A DNA stretch of 64,000 nucleotides, from assembly GCA_943788725.1 (NCBI GenBank), contig CALSRJ010000001.1, positions 492,861 to 556,860 of the forward strand, given 5' to 3'. The translations under genes were made by a program, and so were the position numbers. This document shows, piece after piece, positions 1 through 8,831 of this stretch (positions within the stretch are counted from its first letter, which is position 1; each line of letters starts with the position of its first letter). The stretch comes from an uncultured Flavobacteriales bacterium. GTDB lineage: Bacteria > Bacteroidota > Bacteroidia > Flavobacteriales_G > Salibacteraceae. The notes under the pieces were generated by a model, which was not told where the DNA came from, searched no databases, and saw nothing but the letters and a program-made list of their open reading frames with translations.

Positions 1-229
1 CTTGCTTAGCTTCAAGTTGCATTGTTCTTGAGAAATAAGGAAGGTGATTTTTCTTCCAATACATTGATCTTCCAAGCCTTAGAAAATTTGATGCGTTAGG
101 CGCTGATCACTTCCATTCCGAGAAGTCCAATTGGATGTTGTATGGCCGCACGGCAATGCGAAAATTGCGCTGAAACTCAATCGACAAGAAGTGATACGAC
201 GCACCGGTCATACCTTTTTCATCGAATAG

Positions 230-790
230 CTAACCCAGCTTCTTCGACTGTTTACGGCGATTCCTTTCTATCCTTTTGACAATTTCCTTGGCTTGGGCGT
301 CGCTCAACTTAAACCCCAAGGCTTCCTTCTTACCGATGTACTCGAATCCGATCATCTCTCCGCCGATGGTCCAGAAGGCATCGTTGTAGGTCTTAACGAA
401 CTTTTTATCGTCGTAATTCACCGTTCCCAGGTTCTTGATCGTCTCTAAGTCGTAGGAACGCACTTGACCGTAAGCATTCCAACTTCGTTTATAATCGAGG
501 GTATCTTCAGAAAGTCGGATATACTCCGTTCCAGCCCGCTGCCAAATCAAGGATCGAACCGCATAAAACAAGAAATAAAACCAGAAGGCCATGAAGACGA
601 GTAAGAATGGAATCGTGTCCTTTTCAAGTGCCTTGAGCATTCCCACCATGGTTAAAATTCCGGTAAACGCCCATACTCCAATCCAAACGGCCAAGGCGAT
701 CCTCTGCCATTGACTCGAATCTGGTAAAATTGCAATGACGGTACCAGCATCCGTTTCTTCTACTGTAACTTTGGCCCCAGATTGGATCAT
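230..790 (-). CDS. hypothetical membrane protein (two hydrophobic helices, basic C-terminal tail)
   Basis: ORF 230..874. The track start at 874 is TTG and would overlap the divergent gene. The first ATG is at 790 (MIQSGAK...). Hydrophobic segments IALAVWIGVWAFTGILTMVGM and IPFLLVFMAFWFYFLFYAV. No family recognised. Confidence 0.55.
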   Translation of the reverse strand: MIQSGAKVTVEETDAGTVIAILPDSSQWQRIALAVWIGVWAFTGILTMVGMLKALEKDTIPFLLVFMAFWFYFLFYAVRSLIWQRAGTEYIRLSEDTLDYKRSWNAYGQVRSYDLETIKNLGTVNYDDKKFVKTYNDAFWTIGGEMIGFEYIGKKEALGFKLSDAQAKEIVKRIERNRRKQSKKLG

Positions 791-845
791 CCCTTTCAAC
801 TTTTTTAACGCGCAAAGGTCTATATCTCTAGTGATATTTCGTTTT

Positions 846-1664
846 ATGAGCAAAATTCCAGCAAGTATGTTCAAATTCTACCAGGTAGCCTTCCTTGCGA
901 TCGGCATGTTTATCGCACTTCCTGGCTCGGCTCAAGTGACAGGAGGAGACTTCCAAAAGTTGTTCGATTGGTATGCGATGGAAGACTACGAGCGTTGCGC
1001 TTACAAAGCCGAGAGTTATACGCGGAAGGATAAGTACCGCCGCTCACCGGAACCCTACATGTACATGGCGCTTTGCATGTACCAAGCACACGTCAATCCA
1101 GATGCCTTTGACGAGGAGTTCAAAGACCCGATCAAAGACGCATTGAAGTATGCTTACAAATTCAGAAAGAAAGACAAAACCGGAGAGCTCTATGCGATGA
1201 ACAAGCGACAGATCGATCAAATCCGAGAAGAAGCATTGAACCGGGCCAATTTTTACTTCAACGACGAAGATTTTTACAAAGCCTCCTCAGAATTCAAGCG
1301 CATCTTGAAAGTAATGCCTGGTGATCAAAACGTGGCCTTTATCACAGGTGTGGCCATGGTTAACGCGCGCAACGTCACAGAAGGAGATCGTCTCGTCCAA
1401 CAAGCATTGGACAGCTTGAACTATCAGCAAGAAACAAGGACGTTTGAAAAAGACGAGGTCACCCACGCATCCTTGATCAAGGCCTTTGTTAGCTACACCA
1501 ATTACCTGGTTGAACAAGGCCAACAAGACAAAGCATTGGAGATCATCGCCTTGGGCAGAAAGCTTGTTCCAGACGACACCACCCTGAAGGGCCAATACCG
1601 GAAGCTTTACGCGAAGGCACCTGAACCCGAAGAAGATTCGGAAGATCCTGAACAACAGGAATAG
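846..1664 (+). CDS. secreted helical-repeat (TPR-like) protein, function unknown
   Basis: ORF 735..1664. The in-frame ATG at 846 (or 867) precedes a signal-peptide-like segment [23 protein letters not shown]-like helical sequence and an acidic C-terminal tail. Confidence 0.6.
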   Translation: MSKIPASMFKFYQVAFLAIGMFIALPGSAQVTGGDFQKLFDWYAMEDYERCAYKAESYTRKDKYRRSPEPYMYMALCMYQAHVNPDAFDEEFKDPIKDALKYAYKFRKKDKTGELYAMNKRQIDQIREEALNRANFYFNDEDFYKASSEFKRILKVMPGDQNVAFITGVAMVNARNVTEGDRLVQQALDSLNYQQETRTFEKDEVTHASLIKAFVSYTNYLVEQGQQDKALEIIALGRKLVPDDTTLKGQYRKLYAKAPEPEEDSEDPEQQE

Positions 1665-1689
1665 CTTTAGACCAATTGCTGACCAAGCC

Positions 1690-2385
1690 ATGCGCATAGA
1701 CATCATTACCGTACTTCCTGGACTTTTAGAAGGCCCTTTTGCCCATTCCATCTTGAAGCGAGCCACGGACAATGGACTGGCCGAAGTACACGTGCACGAT
1801 TTACGCGAACGAGGCTTAGGTAAGCACAACCAAGTAGACGACTACCAATTTGGTGGAGGCGCGGGGATGGTCATGATGATCGAACCCATTGAGACCTTGA
1901 TCCTGTCGCTGCAGGCAGAGCGCACCTATGACGAGGTCATCTTCATGACTCCTGATGGAGAGGTATTTGACCAGGGTATGGCCAATGGGCTTTCCCTTCA
2001 AAAAAACCTCATCCTGCTATGTGGTCACTATAAAGGCGTCGACGAACGTCTCAGGGAAATGTACATCACGAAAGAGATCTCGATTGGAGACTATGTGCTT
2101 TCTGGAGGAGAACTGGCCGCAGCGGTTGTTACGGATGCCTTGATTCGCTTAATTCCTGGTGTGTTGAACAACGAAACTTCTGCACTATCCGACTCGTTTC
2201 AAGACGACCTACTCTCCCCTCCCGTTTATACCCGCCCAGCAGAGTACAAGGGAAGAAAAGTGCCTGAAATATTGCTCAGTGGCAACTTTAAAAAAATAGA
2301 TGAGTGGCGTCACCAAATGGCAGAAGAACGCACAAAGCAACGCCGTCCAGATATTTGGAATAAAAAACACGAAACCAACGATTAA
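1690..2385 (+). CDS. trmD: tRNA (guanine37-N1)-methyltransferase TrmD
   Basis: 231-aa ORF with an ATG start. [17 protein letters not shown]...[13 protein letters not shown] and the rest match TrmD by eye. Classical trmD-rplS gene order. Confidence 0.95.
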   Translation: MRIDIITVLPGLLEGPFAHSILKRATDNGLAEVHVHDLRERGLGKHNQVDDYQFGGGAGMVMMIEPIETLILSLQAERTYDEVIFMTPDGEVFDQGMANGLSLQKNLILLCGHYKGVDERLREMYITKEISIGDYVLSGGELAAAVVTDALIRLIPGVLNNETSALSDSFQDDLLSPPVYTRPAEYKGRKVPEILLSGNFKKIDEWRHQMAEERTKQRRPDIWNKKHETND

Positions 2386-2399
2386 CTAAATAGAAAATC

Positions 2400-2407
2400 T
2401 ATCTTTG
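2400..2407 (+). promoter_or_regulatory. candidate Bacteroidota sigma-A -7 box (TATCTTTG = TAnnTTTG) upstream of rplS
   Basis: Exact match to TAnnTTTG, ending 20 nt upstream of the rplS ATG at 2427. No clear -33 TTG seen. Confidence 0.35.
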
Positions 2408-2426
2408 CACCCCAAATTTCACTGGT

Positions 2427-2786
2427 ATGGCAAGCGTAGTAATGCAAGATATCATCAACGAAATCAACCCGAAGTCCGAACTACCTAAGTTCGAAGCGGG
2501 AGACAGCGTTGCGGTTCACTATAAGATTAAGGAAGGAAACAAGGAGCGTGTCCAGGTTTTCCAGGGTGTTGTAATTCAGAAGAAAGGAAAGGGATCTACG
2601 GAGACCTTTACCGTTCGCAAGATGTCCAGCGGAGTTGGTGTTGAGCGTATCTTCCCTAGCAACAGTCCATTCATCGACAAGCTCGAAGTAACCAAGCGTG
2701 GTAAGGTTCGTCGTTCACGCATCTTCTACCTCCGTGAATTGAAAGGTAAGGCTGCTCGTATCAAGGAGCGCTACAACCGAAAGTAA
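2427..2786 (+). CDS. rplS: 50S ribosomal protein L19
   Basis: 119-aa [32 protein letters not shown]...RRSRIFYLR is typical L19. Follows trmD. Confidence 0.95.
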   Translation: MASVVMQDIINEINPKSELPKFEAGDSVAVHYKIKEGNKERVQVFQGVVIQKKGKGSTETFTVRKMSSGVGVERIFPSNSPFIDKLEVTKRGKVRRSRIFYLRELKGKAARIKERYNRK

Positions 2787-2813
2787 TTCCAACAAGATTT
2801 TCGAAAGACTTGA

Positions 2814-2844
2814 GAAGGCTTCGGTTTCCGAAGCCTTCTTTTTT
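2814..2844 (+). terminator. rho-independent terminator after rplS
   Basis: Perfect 11-bp stem GAAGGCTTCGG / CCGAAGCCTTC with a TTT loop, followed by a T-run at 2839-2844. Confidence 0.8.
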
Positions 2845-2925
2845 ATTGTTCATCGGCCCTGCCCTTGCTTTTTAGGTTAGGCAGTTTGTTTCAGCGGACG
2901 GCAGATGAAATGTCTTTAAACAAAG

Positions 2926-2953
2926 AGCCTCGGATCATTCCGGGGCTTTTTTT
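2926..2953. terminator. second hairpin plus T-run, possibly a bidirectional terminator
   Basis: 8-bp stem AGCCTCGG / CCGGGGCT (one G-U pair) with loop ATCATT, followed by T7. It overlaps the stop codon of the convergent gene 2952..3611. Confidence 0.5.
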
Positions 2954-3611
2954 ATACCCCTGCCCGCCTCGCCTCAGATTTCCGAATGATCAACGCCAGT
3001 ATTGGTGAGAAAACAATGGATGGACCCAACCAGGCTATCAGATCGGGCAAAAAGCTCAATGCGGTAACGGAGAATGCGGTCATGGTAGCTATGAGAGCGC
3101 CACCCATAGAAGCTCTGTGCACTCTGAACCAATAGGGATCCTTAGAGGAGACCCCTTTGAACTCACGCATGCTCGATATGGCTAGGTAAATCGACAAGGT
3201 GCCGAAAACCGCAAAAACAATAACCGCAGACCACTTTTCTCCATGCGCGGCCAAGGCGGATAGATATAGCATATAAGCACCGGTCAGCAATACAGCTGCA
3301 GCCGCTACTTGATCAAACCACAAGACTCGTCCGCCTTTTAAGATTTGCATGGCCCTAACGCCTCTGTACGCGCTGAAAAAGGAAAGGAATGCGATACAGA
3401 GCAAAAACTCAAATCCGCGATAAGTGGCCAGCACCACCGCGGTAATAAACACGATAACCATTGCATTAAAGAAGACCTTTCCAAAACGTCTGTGGTAGTT
3501 CACTTTTTGAAAAACACCAAGAGCAATGATGCCACTTAGCAGGGCAATGCTTCCTGCCGCTATGTGAAAGAAGCGAAGCACATCAATACTGAAAGATAGA
3601 ATGGATTGCAT
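2952..3611 (-). CDS. multi-pass integral membrane protein, function unknown
   Basis: 219-aa ORF with an ATG start. About six hydrophobic segments throughout. No motif recognised. Confidence 0.65.
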   Translation of the reverse strand: MQSILSFSIDVLRFFHIAAGSIALLSGIIALGVFQKVNYHRRFGKVFFNAMVIVFITAVVLATYRGFEFLLCIAFLSFFSAYRGVRAMQILKGGRVLWFDQVAAAAVLLTGAYMLYLSALAAHGEKWSAVIVFAVFGTLSIYLAISSMREFKGVSSKDPYWFRVHRASMGGALIATMTAFSVTALSFLPDLIAWLGPSIVFSPILALIIRKSEARRAGV

Positions 3612-3668
3612 TGGTTTGGATTTTCCACAAACCTAGTCGCACAGTAAATCGAGATTCAAAGCAAGGGA

Positions 3669-3722
3669 CGACCGTCAAGCCTTTGGGACGGACATCCGCA
3701 TTCAGGCGCGATCGTCAAGCCT
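3669..3722. repeat. 13/14-nt direct repeat CGA(C/T)CGTCAAGCCT at 3669-3682 and 3709-3722, exactly 40 bp apart
   Basis: Read directly from the sequence. It lies between the stop of the LytTR gene (3721-3723) and the start of membrane gene 2952..3611. Confidence 0.6.
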
Positions 3723-4581
3723 AAGGAGCTATCCGGCGCTTGAATGACTCGCCATTCGCCCGACTAACCGGCAAGGTTTCGGTCATTCCATCAAGCGTTA
3801 CTTGATAACCTTGCGCATTGCCATCGACTTGTGTGACCTTTGAAAGGTTTAAAATACACGTCCGATGCGTTCGCATAAAATGCACGTGCCCCATCAATTG
3901 GTCCTCAGCGGAAGACAGGGAAAGCCGAAAGAGCTTCTTGTGCGCTTTCTCCCCTGATGCATAGTGGATTTCACAATAATTATTCGCTGAGCGAAGGCAA
4001 AGCAAATCTCCCTGAGGAATGACAACCTCCTCCCCTTCGTTCTCTCCTCTGATTACAATTGGATCCGCATGATCCGGTAGATCTGAGAGAACGATTTGAG
4101 CATTCATAACCTGAGCATCCTTGAGGTTTCGATGCAACATGCGCGCATGGTTCAGGAGTAGCAGCATGCTGTATGGGAAAAATCCAACGACAAGCGTGAC
4201 GATCAGGGTGCCGGCCAATGTGAATTGCACTTGTTCACCATACATCAACCAAACCAAGGCGTAATTCAAGAGGGTGATGACCAAAAAATTGAATGCACCC
4301 CATGCCAACTCATGGGCAAGATTCCAAGTGGCTTCTTCAAATGCGCCAGGTACCAGCCGTGCGATCAATGCGCAAAGGATAATCCCTAGAGAGGTGACGC
4401 CGCCAAACGACAATGCGTTAATCACCGCACCATCGGTAGCCATAGCATAGGTGCCAAACGGGCGGAACACAAATAGGAAAACCGCAATGAAGAGTCCAAA
4501 TCCAGCCGCATTCCAAAAGGTAGACCTCCATGAAAAGGTGATTGGATACGCTTGCTTGAAGTAGGAGGTTAGTCGGTGCAA
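3721..4581 (-). CDS. membrane-anchored LytTR-domain DNA-binding protein (one-component regulator)
   Basis: 286-aa ORF. The track start is TTG and no nearby ATG exists. The N-terminal half has about four TM helices. The C-terminal part, LCLRSANNYCEIHYASGEKAHKKLFRLSLSSAEDQL...FMRTHRTCILNLSKV, is LytTR-like. Confidence 0.75.
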   Translation of the reverse strand: MHRLTSYFKQAYPITFSWRSTFWNAAGFGLFIAVFLFVFRPFGTYAMATDGAVINALSFGGVTSLGIILCALIARLVPGAFEEATWNLAHELAWGAFNFLVITLLNYALVWLMYGEQVQFTLAGTLIVTLVVGFFPYSMLLLLNHARMLHRNLKDAQVMNAQIVLSDLPDHADPIVIRGENEGEEVVIPQGDLLCLRSANNYCEIHYASGEKAHKKLFRLSLSSAEDQLMGHVHFMRTHRTCILNLSKVTQVDGNAQGYQVTLDGMTETLPVSRANGESFKRRIAP

Positions 4582-4600
4582 AGGAGAAATGTTTCGAAAT

Positions 4601-4630
4601 AAAAAAGGGAAGCAATTCGCATTGCTTCCC
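4601..4630 (-). terminator. rho-independent terminator downstream of the prolyl oligopeptidase gene
   Basis: Perfect 10-bp stem GGGAAGCAAT / ATTGCTTCCC with a 4-nt loop. The A6 on the plus strand gives a T-run on the minus strand. Confidence 0.8.
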
Positions 4631-4656
4631 TCGAAATTACATCGTTAAGGATTCAA

Positions 4657-6801
4657 TCAACCCTTATTCTCATTATACAATTCTTTCACACCTACATTCC
4701 AGAAGAAGAAAGACCACTTGTCGGCTTGTTCTTCAATGACCATCGACGTCGGTTTTCCAGCACCGTGACCTGCCTTTTCCTCTATGCGTATCAGAACAGG
4801 AGATGCTCCCGCGTGTCTTTCTTGTAAGGTTGCTGCAAACTTGAACGAATGAGCAGGAACAACACGATCATCGTGATCGGCTGTGGTGACCATAGTCGCT
4901 GGATATGCTACGCCATTTTTGAGCGCATGCACTGGAGAATAATTTAAGAGGTAATTAAACATCTCCACATCATCCTCTGAAGTACCGTAGTCATACGCCC
5001 ATCCGGCACCCGCGGTGAACTTATGGTAACGGAGCATATCCATAACACCTACCGCTGGCAATGCCACCTTCATCAACTCCGGTCGCTGACACATAGTAGC
5101 TCCTACTAGCAATCCCCCATTCGACCCACCGGCGATGCCAAGCTTCTCTGAATTTGTGTAGTTCTCAGCAATGAGGTACTCTGCCGCAGCGATAAAATCG
5201 TCAAACACATTCTGCTTGTTCAACTTGGCGCCAGCAGAATGCCATTTCTCACCGTACTCACCTCCACCTCTTAAGTTCGCTACTGCGAATACGCCGCCGC
5301 TCTCCATCAATACAATGTTGGAAGTGCTAAAGCGTGGCGTCAAGCTAACACCGAACCCCCCATATCCATACAACAAGGTAGGATTGCTTCCATTCAGCTC
5401 AATGCCCTTCTTATAGGTAATGATCATCGGCACTTTGGTTCCATCCTTTGAGGAATAGAACACCTGCTTCGATTCAAATTGCGTAGGATCAAACTTCACC
5501 CCGCTCTCCTTGTACACCGTTGATGTACCAGAAGCAATGTCGTAGTGAAAGATCGTAGGCGGATAAACGTAGGAAGTGAAGGAATAGTACAATTCCATGT
5601 CTTCGGTTCGGCCTCCAAAACCACTTGCCGTTCCAATACCAGGAAGCTCAATGGCGCGTTCCTTTTCTCCGTTGCCGTTGAACTGCACAACCATGGAAGT
5701 AGCGTCCTTCAAGTAATTCGCAAAGAACTTCCCTCCTGCCGTTCCAACCTGAAGTACATCTTCCGTCTCTGGAATGAAATCAGCCCAGTCAGCGGTGGTT
5801 GGCTTATCGATGGTAGTTGCTACCACCTTGCCATTAGGCGCGTCTAGATTAGTCTTGATGAAAAGCTTCTCTCCATCGGTATGGATAACTCCATGGTCAT
5901 TGTCAAAATTATCGACCACACTCACAATCGGAGCGCCTTCCTTGCGGAGGTCTTGGATGTACAATTCGTTACCGGTGGTAGAAACCGCAGCGCTGATCAC
6001 TAAGTAGCTCTCATCTTCCGTAACATAACCTCCGATGTATCGACGTGGGGTTTCTGCCCCACCAAATACCAAAACATCCTCAGATTGAGGGGTGCCCAAC
6101 TTATGGAAATAGAGTTTGTGATGTTGGGTCATACCAGATAAAGCGCTTCCATCTTTCGGCTTGTCATAGCTGCTGTAATAGAATCCTGTGTTGCCTCTCC
6201 ATGAAGTGCCAGAAAACTTAACATCCATCAATGTATCTTCAAGGATTTCCTTGGTCTGCGCGTTCATGATGATGACCTTTCGCCAATCTGAACCGCCTTC
6301 AGAGATCTGATATGCGACCAAGGACCCGTCCTTTGAAAAGCTGATGCCCGCCATAGAAGTAGTACCATCCTTTGAAAAGTCGTTGGGGTTCAAGAAAACC
6401 TCATCCACCCCACCACCCAATGATTGTCGGTAGATGACGTACTGATTCTGCAGGCCGTCGTTCTTGTAGTAGTAAGTGTAATCGCCGCGCTTGAAAGGTG
6501 CTGAGTACTTTTCATAATCCCACAACTCCGTCAAACGGTCCACGATTCTCTGGCGGTAAGGGATGGTTTCAAGAAAACCGAAGGTCACAGCATTCTGGGC
6601 ACTCACCCATGCGGCAGTTTCCTCCGAGGTATCGTTTTCCAACCATCGATAAGGATCTGCTACTTGCGTACCAAAATAATCTTCGACAACCGTGCTGTCT
6701 TTTCTCGTTTCGGGGTAATCCATCGCCATTTGCTCCTCTTTTTCAACTGGCGCAGTGCACGCTGTGATCAATCCAACTAAAACCAACCATCTGTACTTCA
6801 T
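4657..6801 (-). CDS. prolyl oligopeptidase (S9A prolyl endopeptidase), lipoprotein-type signal
   Basis: 714 aa. The N-terminus LVLVGLITAC looks like a lipobox. DPYRWLEND motif, catalytic-serine context GGSNGGLL, and a C-terminal HGAGKP region. Confidence 0.92.
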   Translation of the reverse strand: MKYRWLVLVGLITACTAPVEKEEQMAMDYPETRKDSTVVEDYFGTQVADPYRWLENDTSEETAAWVSAQNAVTFGFLETIPYRQRIVDRLTELWDYEKYSAPFKRGDYTYYYKNDGLQNQYVIYRQSLGGGVDEVFLNPNDFSKDGTTSMAGISFSKDGSLVAYQISEGGSDWRKVIIMNAQTKEILEDTLMDVKFSGTSWRGNTGFYYSSYDKPKDGSALSGMTQHHKLYFHKLGTPQSEDVLVFGGAETPRRYIGGYVTEDESYLVISAAVSTTGNELYIQDLRKEGAPIVSVVDNFDNDHGVIHTDGEKLFIKTNLDAPNGKVVATTIDKPTTADWADFIPETEDVLQVGTAGGKFFANYLKDATSMVVQFNGNGEKERAIELPGIGTASGFGGRTEDMELYYSFTSYVYPPTIFHYDIASGTSTVYKESGVKFDPTQFESKQVFYSSKDGTKVPMIITYKKGIELNGSNPTLLYGYGGFGVSLTPRFSTSNIVLMESGGVFAVANLRGGGEYGEKWHSAGAKLNKQNVFDDFIAAAEYLIAENYTNSEKLGIAGGSNGGLLVGATMCQRPELMKVALPAVGVMDMLRYHKFTAGAGWAYDYGTSEDDVEMFNYLLNYSPVHALKNGVAYPATMVTTADHDDRVVPAHSFKFAATLQERHAGASPVLIRIEEKAGHGAGKPTSMVIEEQADKWSFFFWNVGVKELYNENKG

Positions 6802-6900
6802 ACTTTACATGTTTGCCGCGAAAATAAAACAAGACACCTTGCCAAGGACTGTGCAGACTTGGAATGCTTGATTTGGGATATATCGTTATCATTGAAGTAG

Positions 6901-7449
6901 ATGATGAAGGAATCGAATATCGACCCAAGGTTTTATAATTCGGAAACGGGGAAACCCTTTGAAACCTGCCTGGTATGCAGCGCTTCGTTACAAGAAAGTG
7001 GGGACGATTACTTCGTTGAACGCATCTTCAGAAGGGTGCCAAACTTAGGAATCACCGAAGCCATTTTTGAATACGGGATGTGCATGCCATGCGCTGAGCA
7101 AATGCGCAAGGAGCTCTCAGAAGAATCCCGAAAGAAAGTAGAGCACTATTTTGAGCAACGACTATCAGAAAGGGATCCCGAATCTGGTGAACCCGACATG
7201 GAGATTTGCCTCCTTACAGGAACGCCTATTGCTGATAGCATTGAGTTTTCATACCACGTTCACTGCAGGGGTGACCGAATGGTTCATTCGATCTTTCCTT
7301 ATGCTGTCAGCGAGATTGCCATGGAAGAAATCAGCACTCTCCTCTCTGACGAGACCATCGATCAACTTGACGACTTCAAGGGAAAGTATTTCACAGGACC
7401 TCCAGAATATGCGGACCTATTGAATCCAAAAAGACTCATTCCCCTTTGA
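6901..7449 (+). CDS. hypothetical cytoplasmic protein with CxxC...CxxC motif
   Basis: 182-aa ORF. CLVC at residues 23-26 and CMPC further on suggest a four-Cys metal site. No family recognised. Confidence 0.6.
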   Translation: MMKESNIDPRFYNSETGKPFETCLVCSASLQESGDDYFVERIFRRVPNLGITEAIFEYGMCMPCAEQMRKELSEESRKKVEHYFEQRLSERDPESGEPDMEICLLTGTPIADSIEFSYHVHCRGDRMVHSIFPYAVSEIAMEEISTLLSDETIDQLDDFKGKYFTGPPEYADLLNPKRLIPL

Positions 7450-7515
7450 CCTCCTCAAAGCGACCATTTTCTCAATCCACATGGTACAATTGAAATTGCC
7501 CCTTAGATTTACAGC

Positions 7516-8211
7516 ATGAAAAGGACGTCACTGGTCTTCCTCCTCTTTTGCTTGCTCTTTTCAGCAGCGAGCCTAGCACAAGACAGCACCAAGGTGCGCT
7601 TCTACGTGAAAGGAAGCGCTGATTTTTGGATCAAGCTGGATGGTGAACTCCTTCCGCTTAGCAATGTTCAGATGATAACACCGGGCACCCACGACATTGA
7701 GATCTGGTCTCCTATGTACGTTAAGCACACCGGAAAACTAACCGTTCCTGCAGAAGATTCCATCAGTTATTATCAAGAATTGAAAAAGGATAAAGCCTAT
7801 ATCGCCTACCTTTTTGATATGGACAGTTACCGACGCAAGGTGTTTCTGGGGCGGACCGCTCCGTTGGTCACTGCATTGGCAGGAGCTGTAGCCTCTCCCA
7901 TTTTCTATTTCGGCCGGAAGAGCTGGCATGAAAAAACGGTGAAAGAGGATTTCAAATTTGAGTATTTCTCGAGCAACGCAAGCGGTGCAGATAACGTGCG
8001 CACTCGCTACCAGACAGCCAATGCTCTGTTTTTCACCAGCCTTGGAATGGTTGCAGGTGGGTTGGCTTCTTATGGCCTCCTGCAGCGCTGGGTCAAAAAC
8101 CTAGAAAAGCCTATTTACCGTCAGTCAAACCCCTTTACGGTGGAGACGTTTGAAATAGGATATCATCCAGTCACTGGCACCCCTCAAGTAGGTCTATCGC
8201 TCAATTTTTAA
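7516..8211 (+). CDS. secreted/membrane protein with PEGA-like N-terminal domain
   Basis: 231 aa. Signal peptide LVFLLFCLLFSAASLAQ. VRFYVKGSADFWIKLDGELLPL...TPGTHDIEIWSPMY resembles a PEGA domain. Two later hydrophobic segments. Confidence 0.6.
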   Translation: MKRTSLVFLLFCLLFSAASLAQDSTKVRFYVKGSADFWIKLDGELLPLSNVQMITPGTHDIEIWSPMYVKHTGKLTVPAEDSISYYQELKKDKAYIAYLFDMDSYRRKVFLGRTAPLVTALAGAVASPIFYFGRKSWHEKTVKEDFKFEYFSSNASGADNVRTRYQTANALFFTSLGMVAGGLASYGLLQRWVKNLEKPIYRQSNPFTVETFEIGYHPVTGTPQVGLSLNF

Positions 8212-8213
8212 TC

Positions 8214-8831
8214 ATGCAAAGAGCTATTCCCATCCTCCTGCTCTTATTGGTTCTTGTATCCTGCGAGCCCCAACCCAAGGCTTGCCTAGACTGGGAAGAT
8301 ACCATCGAAGCTGGAACACAACTTCACTTGGAAAGCTGCAGCGAAGACTACGACTTCCTTACATGGGAATTTTCGGATGACATAGGTTACCTCAGCGAGG
8401 TGGTACCGCGGATCTTTGAAGATGAAGAGAACATGTCTGTCAAGCTTACCGCTTATTCTGACGGCGCCTATCGAAGTGACGAAGTTATCTTCCCGTTTAA
8501 GACCAGCTTTCGCTACATCGACCGGATGGAGGTAGTTGGAGAATCTAATTATTCTGCGCTTGAATTGAGGATGTCAGGCGGGGCATTTTTGGGTGGTGAT
8601 GCGAAAGGCACCTTTACCGAAAGTGCTCCCTACTTCGTTTATGTATGGCCTGAAACCAAGGTAGTCATTGAAAGCAAGCGAAGCGATATCGCCGTGTTTG
8701 GCTATAAGAATGGAAGCGATATCTCCTTAGGATCGAAAACCATCAATTTTGAAACCTATAAGGAGAATCCAATGGTTTTAGAGACAACAGATGGTCTATC
8801 GGTAAAGGTGTACTGGACCTACCGCGACTGA
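8214..8831 (+). CDS. lipoprotein with PKD-like beta domain, function unknown
   Basis: 205 aa. Lipobox LLVLVSC. Starts 2 nt after the previous gene's stop, so probably co-transcribed with it. Confidence 0.6.
   Translation: MQRAIPILLLLLVLVSCEPQPKACLDWEDTIEAGTQLHLESCSEDYDFLTWEFSDDIGYLSEVVPRIFEDEENMSVKLTAYSDGAYRSDEVIFPFKTSFRYIDRMEVVGESNYSALELRMSGGAFLGGDAKGTFTESAPYFVYVWPETKVVIESKRSDIAVFGYKNGSDISLGSKTINFETYKENPMVLETTDGLSVKVYWTYRD

Noticed and set aside
107-211. 34-aa minus-strand ORF (MTGASYHFLSIEFQRNFRIAVRPYNIQLDFSEWK), plus a possible 21-codon partial ORF at 1..64.
   Set aside because: Too short and without recognisable features to support as genes. This may simply be non-coding sequence at the window edge.
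1287-1829. 180-aa minus-strand ORF.
   Set aside because: Antisense to the TPR-like gene and the trmD start. No motifs.
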